64,000 bases of DNA from an uncultured delta proteobacterium (GCA_963803975.1 CAWDOY010000009.1:88040-152039), one strand, 5' to 3'; positions 34,238-44,009 are shown, counted from the first letter of the stretch. The notes: generated by a model not told the origin, from the letters alone. Numbers and translations are program-made.

Positions 34238-35588
34238 ATGGTTCGCGCACAAGTTACCAAATTTACCATCATTGATGCCTGGAGATTCCGCCGCCAGGAA
34301 CGCTCGCTTTTTTTCTGGTCATTCCTGGCGATACTGGTGGGGTACGTGCTGGTGGTGGTCCGCAAAACCGGGCGCATTCCGGCTCGATTGGCAGGACTAT
34401 CTGCCGCTGCTGGTCTATCTTGGCGCCATGCTCTTCATCCACCTGATACTGGTGCTGTTAAAGTTTCGCGGCGACCCGCTGCTGCTTGCCGCGGTCTTTT
34501 TCCTTGCCGGGTTCGGCATGCTTACCCAGTTTCGCATGGGGACCTTTGAGATTATCATCTCGGACCGGCTTTCAAACTATGCCTTCCCCGCAGGCCTTGC
34601 CCTCATGCTCATCGTCACCGTTCTCTTCAGGAGAGGGCGGTTTCGCGTCCTGCGGCCGCTGGCCATACCCTGCGCGCTGCTGGCGGCAATTCTCCTGGGA
34701 GCGATTCTTTTCCTCGGCCAGCGCTACCGGGGCGCACTGTTTATGCCGGGGTATATCAACCCGGCAGATCTCATAAAAATCCTGCTGATGATTTTTCTTG
34801 CCGGCTATTTTGCGCGCTGGCAGAAGGAAGGCGAGCATGCGCCTGTTGGTGTCACCTCCCTGGTTCCGATGCTGCTGCTCTGGGCAGTGCCCATGGGGCT
34901 GCTCGTGCTGCAGCGCGATCTCGGCATGCTGGTGCTGCTCAACGCCGTGCTGCTCGTTCTTGCGGTTGTGGCAACCGGCCGCATCAGCTATCTGTTTGTT
35001 GGGGTTCTTGGCGCGGGAATACTCGGCGGAGTCATGTTTCTTTTTTCTGCGCACGGCCAGGCGCGGTTTACGGCGTGGCTTACTCCCTTTGCCGATCCGA
35101 CCGGCAAAAGCTGGCAGATACTGCAGGCCCTGTCAGCCATGTATTCCGGCGGATTGTGGGGTGTGGGTCTGGGCGGCGGTTCCCCCCAGTTCATCCCCAT
35201 CGCATCATCTGACTTCATCTATGCCGTCATTGGCGAGGAACTGGGTTATGCCGGGTGCGGCATCGTGCTCGTGTTCTACCTGGTGCTCTTCTTCCGCGGC
35301 TACCAGATCGCGGCCCGCATTGCTGCACCCTTCGGCAGGCTGCTTGCCACAGGGATTGTGACGACCCTGGCATTTCAGACGCTCTTAAATATCGGCGGCG
35401 TGATCAAGGCGCTGCCGCTCACGGGCATAACGCTTCCGTTCATCAGCCACGGCGGAAGCAGCCTTTTAACCACATTTCTCGGGGTGGGACTGCTGCTGGC
35501 AATTTCCGAGCGGGAAACTGAAACAAGGAAAATAATCGAGAGGCCAAAAGCTGCTAAAGCTAAAAGGAAGCGGGCGACGGAGGGCTAA
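34238..35588 (+). CDS. rodA: FtsW/RodA/SpoVE (SEDS) glycosyltransferase; frameshift near 34370
   Basis: QRDLG, SDFIYAVIGEELG, LPLTGITLPFISHGGSS. Confidence 0.88.
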
Positions 35589-35591
35589 GCT

Positions 35592-35828
35592 TCAACGGTT
35601 TCTGTCCTCCCGGAGCAGCTCGCTGCTGTCGCTATGATATATCTGTTCTTTCTTCAGCTTTTTCCGGATGGCCCGCGCAATGCCGACAACATCAATAGCG
35701 GCACGCTGAGCACCGTGTTCAATAAGCTCCTTTAATTCCTGCTGCAGCGACCTGTTGCGCTTTTTAGCTGCAGCCTTGAGCTTAGCGAGCGCTGCAGATG
35801 AAATATTCCGTATAAGAACATTAGGCAT
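35592..35828 (-). CDS. FitA-like ribbon-helix-helix antitoxin with no adjacent toxin
   Basis: MPNVLIRNI...LKAAAKKRNRSLQQELKELI...DSSELLREDR. Confidence 0.8.
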   Translation of the reverse strand: MPNVLIRNISSAALAKLKAAAKKRNRSLQQELKELIEHGAQRAAIDVVGIARAIRKKLKKEQIYHSDSSELLREDRNR

Positions 35829-35854
35829 AACGATTCACCCTGCACTGTATAATG

Positions 35855-35873
35855 TGCTATCACGATGATAGCA
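35855..35873. promoter_or_regulatory. FitA-type operator inverted repeat
   Basis: TGCTATCA-cga-TGATAGCA just upstream of the antitoxin gene. Confidence 0.7.
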
Positions 35874-35894
35874 TGTTGACCGGTATCCTGCTGG

Positions 35895-35925
35895 GAAGCC
35901 CCTCACTGTGGGCGGGGAGTTTCAC
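35895..35925 (+). mobile_element. IS200/IS605-type right-end remnant
   Basis: GAAGCCCC...GGGGAGTTTCAC subterminal hairpin ending TCAC. Confidence 0.5.
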
Positions 35926-36006
35926 TAAAATATAGCTTGACACTTACTCGGATTAAAAGGAAAATTTAAAAAAATATATTAACAGGTTATGTCAGCGAGG
36001 TAGAGG

Positions 36007-36201
36007 ATGAATTGTTTTACGTTAGTTGAGAAGGCAGAACAGTATTCAGGTAAATATGTTGCTATAAAATCATTTAAATCAAAAAAAGTAATTTGCTCCG
36101 GTGACAACCCTGCTCAAGTGGTAAGAAATGCCAGAAAAAAAGGGGCAAAGGACCCGGTAGTCTTTTTTGTACCTGAAAAAGATGTAGTGTACATATACTA
36201 A
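36007..36201 (+). CDS. DUF5678-like small protein
   Basis: EQYSGKYVAI...KVICSGD...ARKKG...PVVFFVP; SD GAGG. Confidence 0.7.
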   Translation: MNCFTLVEKAEQYSGKYVAIKSFKSKKVICSGDNPAQVVRNARKKGAKDPVVFFVPEKDVVYIY

Positions 36202-36620
36202 TGCCAATAAGAAACTGTCCACTCACCTGCCGGCCCGGCGGATATTATAGTGCTTACCTTCCCATTAGAATAATCAATCCACATACTAAAAAAAGCCAAA
36301 GAACACTTGCGCTGATTGATACAGGCGCAGACGAGTGTGTTATTCCTTCACGCCTGGCTGAAATCTTGGGGCACAAGCTGGAGGCGGGTGATGCAAAACC
36401 GGTAAGCACCGGCAATGACCGCGCAATAGCCTATTCTCATACAACAACCATTAAAATTTACCACCCGGCAACGGGTGTGCTAATAGATACTATTGCAAAT
36501 ACACCGATAGATTTTATGCCTGTTGAAACGGTATTATTAGGGGTAAAAAGCTTCCTGAGCAACTACAGACTCATCATAGATTATCCTGCCCAGAATTTTT
36601 CATTAATAAAGGCAAAGTAG
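36201..36620 (+). CDS. Retropepsin-like (clan AA) aspartyl protease
   Basis: ALIDTGAD catalytic motif, VLLG..FL...RLIIDY; TAATG overlap with the upstream gene. Confidence 0.85.
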   Translation: MPIRNCPLTCRPGGYYSAYLPIRIINPHTKKSQRTLALIDTGADECVIPSRLAEILGHKLEAGDAKPVSTGNDRAIAYSHTTTIKIYHPATGVLIDTIANTPIDFMPVETVLLGVKSFLSNYRLIIDYPAQNFSLIKAK

Positions 36621-36778
36621 GTCAAGCCATCAAAATCGTGCTCATGCACACACCCACAAAATAATTCAAAGCTGGAGCCTTTGCTTTCCTGCTTATCTGC
36701 ATTATATAATTTTAATAAGCTTAATTAGCATTTCTTATGGTGGGACTACTTACTGGTCTATCTTAAAAAACAAGTATC

Positions 36779-37516
36779 CTATTTTTTCTGCCCCCGCTCC
36801 CAGATTTGAATCTGGCGCATGCCTTTCTCCTTCTGGGTATAGTCCCGCATCACAATGCGTGAAGGCGTTACTTTGGTTACTATCTTGGTCTCTTTAATCG
36901 CCTGCAGAAGCTCCGGGGTCATCTTCAGGGGAAGGGTCGGCATGTAGATGTCAAGTGCCTCCTCAAAACCAGGGTCTTTATTTTTAAGAACCTGCGCGGT
37001 GCCCACCACCTGAATGCTGAGCGGCTCTTTAAAGTAGTTATGGTGCTCAAGCTGCTTCACATAGGCAAGCGACACGTTCTTGTTGGCTGCCATCTGAAAC
37101 AGCTTCTCGGTCTGCTTCTCGGACATGGCATAGAAGGTGAGCGTTTTGGGGTCTATCACAAACTCAATGACCGTTGAAAGCGGTTTATTATCATAGGCTG
37201 TGCTGAGCACGTAAATCTCCCGGTAGTCACCCTTGCCTTTAACAATTTCTGCAATGCGCTTCTCGATCTCTTCACGCGGCAGAGCGCCGGTTTTACTCTT
37301 TTTCAAAGTCATGGTGGCGGCGGTGTAGGCATCCACCCCGTTGTACACATGGCATTCCTGGCACTTTATATCTTTATCATAGGCCGGGTGCGCGGGCGGC
37401 ACCTTGGTTGCCTTGGTATAGAGATATTTGGGGCCGCCTTTTTCCGCGGCAGGGCAGTAACCGGCAGTAAGCACCAGCACAGCGACGAACATTAGCAACA
37501 AACAGAACTTTTTCAT
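36779..37516 (-). CDS. Exported protein with one CXXCH motif fused to a pyridoxamine-5'-phosphate-oxidase-like split-barrel domain
   Basis: Signal peptide, HPAYDKDIKCQECH, YVLSTAYDNKP, K...MAANKNVSLA, IQVVGTAQVL. Confidence 0.7.
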   Translation of the reverse strand: MKKFCLLLMFVAVLVLTAGYCPAAEKGGPKYLYTKATKVPPAHPAYDKDIKCQECHVYNGVDAYTAATMTLKKSKTGALPREEIEKRIAEIVKGKGDYREIYVLSTAYDNKPLSTVIEFVIDPKTLTFYAMSEKQTEKLFQMAANKNVSLAYVKQLEHHNYFKEPLSIQVVGTAQVLKNKDPGFEEALDIYMPTLPLKMTPELLQAIKETKIVTKVTPSRIVMRDYTQKEKGMRQIQIWERGQKK

Positions 37517-37659
37517 GGAACCTCCTTTTTGAAAAGATGATTTAAAGCTGTCAGCTATCAGCAGCCTTCAGCGTTTATTAATTTCTTTTCACCTTTCACC
37601 TTCCACGTTTCACTTTTCACTTTTCTCAATTAATTTCACTGGCCGCAAATTTTATTTTC

Positions 37660-39311
37660 CTAAACCCCTGCCGCCTTAAATGTTGCGCTGACGATTGCCT
37701 GGGCTTCTTCGATGATGCGGGCAAGGTGCTCTTTACCCTTAAAACTTTCAGCATACAGCTTATAAATATCCTCGGTGCCGGAAGGCCGGGCAGCAAACCA
37801 GCCGTTTTCAGTGACCACTTTGAGCCCGCCGATGGACGCGTTATTGCCGGGCGCCCTGGTCAGCGTGGCGGCTATTTTTTCTCCGGCAAGCGTCGCGGCA
37901 GTGATGTTCTCCGGAGAAAGTTTTTCCAGCACTTCCTTTTGCGCCGCTGTTGCCGGTGCATCTATCCGCTCGTACACCGGATCGCCAAACCGTTGCGTCA
38001 GCTCCTGGTAGTGTTCGCCGGGATCTTTCCCGGTCCGGGCGGTTATTTCCGCGGCCAGCAGGCTCATAATGAACCCGTCCTTATCTGTTGTCCAGACCGT
38101 GCCATCCCTGCGCAGAAAGGATGCTCCGGCACTCTCCTCCCCGCCAAACCCGTAGGAGCCGTCCAGCAATCCATCCACAAACCACTTAAACCCGACCGGC
38201 ACCTCGGACAGTTTTCTCCCCAGATGCTGTGCGACCCGGTCGATCATGCTGCTGCTCACCAGGGTCTTCCCCACTGCCGCATCCTTCTTCCAGCCGCTGC
38301 GGTTCTGAAACAAATACCAGATCGCAACCGCTAAATAGTGGTTCGGGTTCATGAGGCCGGCGCTGCGGGTGACGATTCCGTGCCGGTCAAAGTCCGGGTC
38401 ATTGCCAAAGGCAATGTCATAGGTATCTTTAAGCCGAATAAGGCCCGCCATGGCAAAAGGCGATGAGCAGTCCATTCTGATTTTTCCGTCCTTGTCAACG
38501 GTCATGAATCTGAAGGTGGGTCAGCGGCACTATTCATCTCGTCAATCTGGAGCCGGTAGTGCTCTGCAATCGGCTTCCAGAAGGCAAGCCCGGCACCGCC
38601 GAGCGCGTCGGCGCCGATTTTCAGGCCCGAGGAGCGGATTGCTTCCATGTCAACGATGTTTGCCAGGTCTCTGACATAGGGCATTATATAATCATACGTG
38701 CGGGTGGTTGCGGAATGCAGCGCGCGCTCGTACGGGATTCGCTTTATCTCCCGGTTGCCTGCCTTAAGGAATTCATTTGCCCTGTTCTCAATCCAGCGCG
38801 TGATGATGGTATCGGCCGGGCCTCCCTGGGGAGGGTTGTATTTAAAACCGCCGTTATCAGGGGGGTTATGAGACGGGGTGATGACAATGCCGTCAGCAAA
38901 GCCGGATGTTCTGTTGCGGTTAAAGGTGAGGATGGCGTGGGATATGACCGGCGTCGGAGTGAAGCCCGAGCCCTGGTGAATCATGACTTCCACCCCGTTT
39001 GCCGCAAGCACTTCCAGCGCGGTCGCGTGGGCCGGCTCTGAAAGGGCGTGCGTGTCCATGCCCAGAAACAGGGGGCCGGTAATGCCCTGCTCTTTGCGAT
39101 AGCAGCAGATTGCCTGGGTGATGGCAAGGATGTGGTCTTCATTAAAGCTGTGTTTAAGAGAAACGCCGCGATGCCCTGATGTGCCGAAGGCCACGCGCTG
39201 CTCAGGCTGCGAGACATCCGGATGCATGGTGTAGTATGCACTCACCAGCCGGGGAACATCTATAAGCATCGAGATCGGAGCAGGCTTTCCTGCTAACGGA
39301 TGAACTGACAT
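37660..39311 (-). CDS. pgm: Phosphoglucomutase; frameshift near 38520
   Basis: [37 protein letters not shown]. Confidence 0.95.
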
Positions 39312-39331
39312 GGATGCACCTTTCACACTAA

Positions 39332-39480
39332 CAGGCTGTTGAAAAACACCCATCTGCTGCGTTGCGCTCACCCCTCGTCATTGCGGCGTACCGAGAAGTA
39401 CGCCTCATTCCTCATGATGTCGCGTGCCTTGCATCTGAATGTTTTTGACCAGCCTGAAGAAAACAACGTTTTAACAGCCT
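39332..39480 (-). repeat. Repeat family A, copy 3
   Basis: CAGGCTGTTGAAAAACACCCATCTGCTGCG ... TTTTTGACCAGCCTG ... TTTTAACAGCCT. Confidence 0.9.
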
Positions 39481-39498
39481 TCTAAATAATCCTGCCGG

Positions 39499-39960
39499 TT
39501 AGTCTATCTCCGGCATGAGCGTCCACTTGATAAACCAGACTCCTGTCTCGGGCGCTCTGTCCAGGCGTACGATTCCGCCGTTTTGAAATTTTACCACGAT
39601 CCGGTCCGTAGAGCCGGTTATTAAATAACTCACCAGTCGTTCCATAAACGGCAAATGGCCGACGAGCATGACGTTCTCAACGCCGGGCAGGCCTTTAGCT
39701 GCCAGGGCTACGTCATCCAGCGGGTCCAAACCGCTTGCTTCATGAACACCCCCCGGCGGTTTCAGAAAATAGGCCATGATGTCAGCAGTCTGGCGTGCCC
39801 GGGTTTTGCCGCTGTGCTGTATAAGATCAACTTCTATCTTATGACCCGCTGCATCCCTGGCAATGCGCTCCACCGTATCCCGCCCTTCATCAGTGAGCGG
39901 GCACTCAGGGTCAATCTCCTTTGGCACGCTGGTGCCGTGCTGGACAAGAAAAAGCGCCAT
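39499..39960 (-). CDS. sixA: Phosphohistidine phosphatase SixA
   Basis: LFLVQHG, PLTDEG, HSGKTRARQTA, MLVGHLP. Confidence 0.85.
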   Translation of the reverse strand: MALFLVQHGTSVPKEIDPECPLTDEGRDTVERIARDAAGHKIEVDLIQHSGKTRARQTADIMAYFLKPPGGVHEASGLDPLDDVALAAKGLPGVENVMLVGHLPFMERLVSYLITGSTDRIVVKFQNGGIVRLDRAPETGVWFIKWTLMPEID

Positions 39961-40041
39961 AAAGCTTCCCACCCCTATTCATGAGTTTCACCATATAACC
40001 AATGCAAACTCGAGCAAACATTTTTTACTTTACTGATGTTT

Positions 40042-40108
40042 AATCTGGAACTCAAGAACTCATGATGCAAAAAATAAAATATTTTCCTGATTTCCTGAGT
40101 TCCAGATT
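40042..40108. repeat. Repeat family B, core hairpin only
   Basis: AATCTGGAACTCAAGAA...TTCCTGAGTTCCAGATT. Confidence 0.8.
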
Positions 40109-40112
40109 GTCA

Positions 40113-40829
40113 TTAGTTCAGTTTCCCCAGAGACACCAGAATTGCCCGCAGCAGCGAAGCGCTGTGTCCCAGCTGCCGGTAGGCCTCATCTTTTGTCATG
40201 ACGCGGTTTTCCCGCTTCAGCCTGAGCCCCAGATAGCGCGCGGTGTTGGCCAGGCGTGCAATCTCCCGCGCCAGGTCCTGCTCGAATGTATCCGGCCGCA
40301 GCACCATGTTCTGCATATTCGCCTTGATCCGGTCGCTGTTCTCAAAGACTTCTTCATCCACTATGCCGTCATTTTTATGGTGGTAGAGCTGATTGTATTT
40401 ATCATTGGGCAGGTTGTGAAACGGCTGGGAGAGGTCCCCGACATAGTGGGCGCAGTAGGCAAGATGATATTCAGCATATTTCCGGGCCAGGGTGCTTTTT
40501 TTATATTCACGAAGCGCTGCTATGATAGCGCCGTAGAGATGCCCTTCTGTATCGCGCGGGTCATTGTAGCGCGCCGCCTGGGAGAGCACCTGTTCCGGCG
40601 TTATCTCCCGGTTTTCATTATTATTAAAAATATGATTGCAGGCTTCAACGTTTCCTGCCTTGATCTTGGCGATGTCAGCTCCCACGGCATTAAACCAGCG
40701 TTCATATCCGGCAACCTTTGCTATGGTAACGTGCGTCTTGTCATACCAGCCGTAGGCAACGGAATGCAGGAACAGAAGCAGGCAGCTGAGCGCCGCAGTT
40801 CTTACGGTCTGACGCTTACGAGCATTCAT
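40113..40829 (-). CDS. Secreted Zn-dependent phospholipase C / S1-P1 nuclease superfamily protein
   Basis: Signal peptide, then W...H (WYDKTH), AD..K, HYVGDLSQPFH, HHKND. Confidence 0.75.
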   Translation of the reverse strand: MNARKRQTVRTAALSCLLLFLHSVAYGWYDKTHVTIAKVAGYERWFNAVGADIAKIKAGNVEACNHIFNNNENREITPEQVLSQAARYNDPRDTEGHLYGAIIAALREYKKSTLARKYAEYHLAYCAHYVGDLSQPFHNLPNDKYNQLYHHKNDGIVDEEVFENSDRIKANMQNMVLRPDTFEQDLAREIARLANTARYLGLRLKRENRVMTKDEAYRQLGHSASLLRAILVSLGKLN

Positions 40830-40860
40830 GCGTTTAGGCTCCCCTGAAAAAATACTCTGT

Positions 40861-41676
40861 TTAACGCTGGCACTGCGGGCAGTAAAACGTTGAGCGCTGC
40901 CCGCTTCTCTGACAGCGAACCCTGCGGCCGCAGACATAACACGGCTCACTGGCGCGGCCGTAAACTTTGAGCTTGAGCTGAAAATATCCCGGGTCACCTG
41001 AAGCGCCCTGAAAGTCCCTGAGCGTCGTTCCGCCGGCAGCAATAGCTTTTCTCAGGGTCTTCTTTATTGCTGCAGCAAGGCGCTGGTAGCGCGTACGCGA
41101 AATCTTTCCTGCTGCTGCCAGCGGGTTTATCCCGGCCGGAAAGAGTGATTCGCTGGCATAGATATTACCAACGCCGCTCACTACCGTATGGTCCATGATA
41201 AACTGTTTTACTGATATTTTGCGTCCCCGGGACCGCTCATACAGGTAGTCGCCAGTGAACGCTGCACTCAGCGGCTCCGGCCCGCTTTCAATCAGGAGCG
41301 GGTGCTGCAGGGGATCGGCTGCCGACCAGAGCAGGGCGCCAAAGCGCCGCGGGTCGCAGAACCTGAGGCAGGTGCCATTCTCAAAGATAAAATCAGCATG
41401 GTCATGCTTGCCGGGATGTGTCGCAGCAGGGAGGATACGCAAACGGCCGGTCATGCCCAGATGCAGGATGATGCTGCCTGCCTGGCAGCGCAGCATCAGG
41501 TATTTAGCGCGCCGCTCAACAGACCGTACCACCTGTCCGCGCACTATGCCCGGCAGTTCCGCGGGCACCGGCCAGCGCAGGCTGCGATTGCGCAGAATAA
41601 CCTCCACAATTTTCCGCCCGACCACCAGCGGCTCCAAGCCGCAGCGTATGGTTTCAACTTCGGGGAGTTCCGGCAT
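40861..41676 (-). CDS. mutM: Formamidopyrimidine-DNA glycosylase
   Basis: MPELPEVE, HLGMTG, GVGNIYASE, C-terminal Zn finger. Confidence 0.96.
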   Translation of the reverse strand: MPELPEVETIRCGLEPLVVGRKIVEVILRNRSLRWPVPAELPGIVRGQVVRSVERRAKYLMLRCQAGSIILHLGMTGRLRILPAATHPGKHDHADFIFENGTCLRFCDPRRFGALLWSAADPLQHPLLIESGPEPLSAAFTGDYLYERSRGRKISVKQFIMDHTVVSGVGNIYASESLFPAGINPLAAAGKISRTRYQRLAAAIKKTLRKAIAAGGTTLRDFQGASGDPGYFQLKLKVYGRASEPCYVCGRRVRCQRSGQRSTFYCPQCQR

Positions 41677-41819
41677 ACCTGCTCTCTTTGCCTCAGTTTA
41701 CCCGTACGGTCTCTTCTGCGGCGGTTAGAGTATCTATGTTTCTTCTCATTGATTCTGTTGCTGGTTTAAAGACGGTGCAGAAAAATCGCCCGCATGCCTT
41801 TTAATCCCCGTCCTCGTAT

Positions 41820-44009
41820 TCAGGTTCGGGTGATCTGCCAGCACTGGTGAATGCGCGGGCTGCGGCTAAAATCCTCCGGCATGGTTGCCTGAGTGATATC
41901 CTGTATGTGCAGCGGCTTGAGCGCCTCGGCATCAAGCCTGAACCTGCGGAAGTTATTGGAGAACAGTAAAACGCCATCGTGCTCAAGATGCTCTGCGCAC
42001 AGGCGCACCAGTTCCACATGATCCCGCTGCAGGTCAAAGTCATGGGCTCTGTCCCGTGAGTTGGAAAAAGTCGGCGGGTCAAGGAATATCAGCCCAAAGC
42101 GCTGCTGCTCCTGCCTGAGCCATTCAATGCAGTCGGCGCGGATACCGGTATGCCGGCGCCCGCCGCAGCGGTTGAGCACCAGGTTATCGCGCGCCCAGGA
42201 GATGTAGGTACTGGAGCTGTCAACCGTGGTGGTGGCCGTGGCACCTCCATCTGCTGCATAGACGGTGGCCGTGCCGGTATAGGCAAAAAGATTCAGGAAG
42301 CGCTTGCCCTGAGCCAGTTTCCGGATAAGCCCGCGGGTGAGACGGTGATCAAGGAACAGGCCGGTATCAAGGTAGTCGGTGAAATTCACCAGAAATTTGA
42401 ATGTATCCTCCCGCACCTCCTGAAAGGTCTGCCGAGAATCATGTTTCTGATACTGGCTCAATCCTTTCTGGCGTTTGCGGATTCTGAAAAATATGTTTTC
42501 CGGAGCAATGCCCAGCACCTCAGGGACCGCCAGCCGCACTCCCTCGAGGCGCTCCCGGGCCTTTGCCGGATCAACGGTCCTGGGCGGCTCATATTCCTGC
42601 ACATACACCCATTGTTCATAGCGGTCAATGGCAACAGCATATTCCGGCAGGTCTGCATCATAGATCCGGTAGCAATAGATTCCCTCGCGCCGCGCCCATT
42701 TTTCCAGATGGCGGAGGTTTTTTCGCAGCCGGTTGGCAAACATTTCTGTTCCCGGGATGCCATCCTGCGCTGGCTGCGCAATGCTTGCAGGAGCTGTACC
42801 AGCAGGGCCGGTGCCGCGGCGGGGAACATTTTTAAAAATCCGCTCCGGCCGTACTTCAAACTGCAGGAGCTTGCACTCAAGGCTGCCATTATATAACGTA
42901 TTAACACGCACTGCCCGCAGCCCTATGGACTTTGCCAGCTCTATATTTTCCGTGAGCACCGCTGCCTTCCAGCCGCTGAACTGCGCGATAAGAACCTCGC
43001 CGAGACATTTATAGAGCGGATGCAGGGCCGCTGTTTCGCCAAGCCGCTCGCCATACGGCGGGTTGACTGCCACCAGGCCGGGCACGACAGCATCCCCGGC
43101 AGGTGCTGAAGCTTTCGCCAGGTCTCTCTGCTCTATCCGTATCCTGCTACCAAGTCCTGCGCGCTTCACCGCGGCCAGCGCTATGCGCACTGCCCGGCGG
43201 TCCGCATCATATCCAACGATGGCTGGCAGGCGCTCCAACCCGCTCTCGCGGCGATGCTGCGCTTCCTTAAGCAGGTTTCCCCACAGCTTCTGATTATGGC
43301 CTTTCCAGCGCAAAAATCCAAAGGACGTTCTTTCCAGCCCGGGCGCGCTGTCTCCTGCCATAAGGGCAGCCTCGATCGGCAGGGTGCCGGAACCGCACAT
43401 GGGATCAACCAGCGGCCCTCCATCGCGTGCAATATCAGGCCACCGGACGCGCAGCAGCAGCGCTGCCGCAAGATTTTCTTTCAGCGGCGCAATGACGCTT
43501 TCCCCGCGGTAGCCGCGCTGGTGCAGGCTTGCCCCTGACAGATCAATATTCACGGCAACGGTATCCTGATCCAGGTGGACATGCACCCGCAGGTCCGGCC
43601 GCAGGACATCAATTGATGGCCGCCTTCCCGTTCTGTCCCGGAACTGGTCAACGATTGCGTCCTTAACCTTAAGGGCACCGAAATGGGTATGGGTGAGCCA
43701 TGAGTGCGTGGCAGTCAGACTAACGGCTAAGGTGCTCTCTACAGAGAGGTGTTCACCCCAGGCAATGGACTGGATCCCTTCGTAAAGCTCATCAACAGCG
43801 GCGGCTTGAAAGGTTTTAACGGGCAGCAGGATTCTGCTGGCAATACGTGACCACAGGCAGGCCCGGTACGCGGTCTCCAGGGTCCCCTCAAACATAACCC
43901 CGGCACGGGTCTCCTTCACGGCTGCTGCGCCAAAACTGTTCAGCTCGGCAGCCAGGAGGTCCTCCATGGCTTTCGGTGAGGTCGCAAAAAACGGGAAACG
44001 CGAAGACAT
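41820..44009 (-). CDS. rlmKL: Bifunctional 23S rRNA methyltransferase RlmKL
   Basis: THUMP domain, DPMCGSGT, NPPYGERLG, DYLDTGLFLDHR, LNLFAYTG, DPPTFSNS. Confidence 0.95.
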   Translation of the reverse strand: MSSRFPFFATSPKAMEDLLAAELNSFGAAAVKETRAGVMFEGTLETAYRACLWSRIASRILLPVKTFQAAAVDELYEGIQSIAWGEHLSVESTLAVSLTATHSWLTHTHFGALKVKDAIVDQFRDRTGRRPSIDVLRPDLRVHVHLDQDTVAVNIDLSGASLHQRGYRGESVIAPLKENLAAALLLRVRWPDIARDGGPLVDPMCGSGTLPIEAALMAGDSAPGLERTSFGFLRWKGHNQKLWGNLLKEAQHRRESGLERLPAIVGYDADRRAVRIALAAVKRAGLGSRIRIEQRDLAKASAPAGDAVVPGLVAVNPPYGERLGETAALHPLYKCLGEVLIAQFSGWKAAVLTENIELAKSIGLRAVRVNTLYNGSLECKLLQFEVRPERIFKNVPRRGTGPAGTAPASIAQPAQDGIPGTEMFANRLRKNLRHLEKWARREGIYCYRIYDADLPEYAVAIDRYEQWVYVQEYEPPRTVDPAKARERLEGVRLAVPEVLGIAPENIFFRIRKRQKGLSQYQKHDSRQTFQEVREDTFKFLVNFTDYLDTGLFLDHRLTRGLIRKLAQGKRFLNLFAYTGTATVYAADGGATATTTVDSSSTYISWARDNLVLNRCGGRRHTGIRADCIEWLRQEQQRFGLIFLDPPTFSNSRDRAHDFDLQRDHVELVRLCAEHLEHDGVLLFSNNFRRFRLDAEALKPLHIQDITQATMPEDFSRSPRIHQCWQITRT

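Noticed and set aside
39499..39960. QHG instead of RHG in SixA as a novel inactive variant
   Set aside because: The catalytic His and other motifs are retained, and QHG variants are, to my knowledge, common in this family
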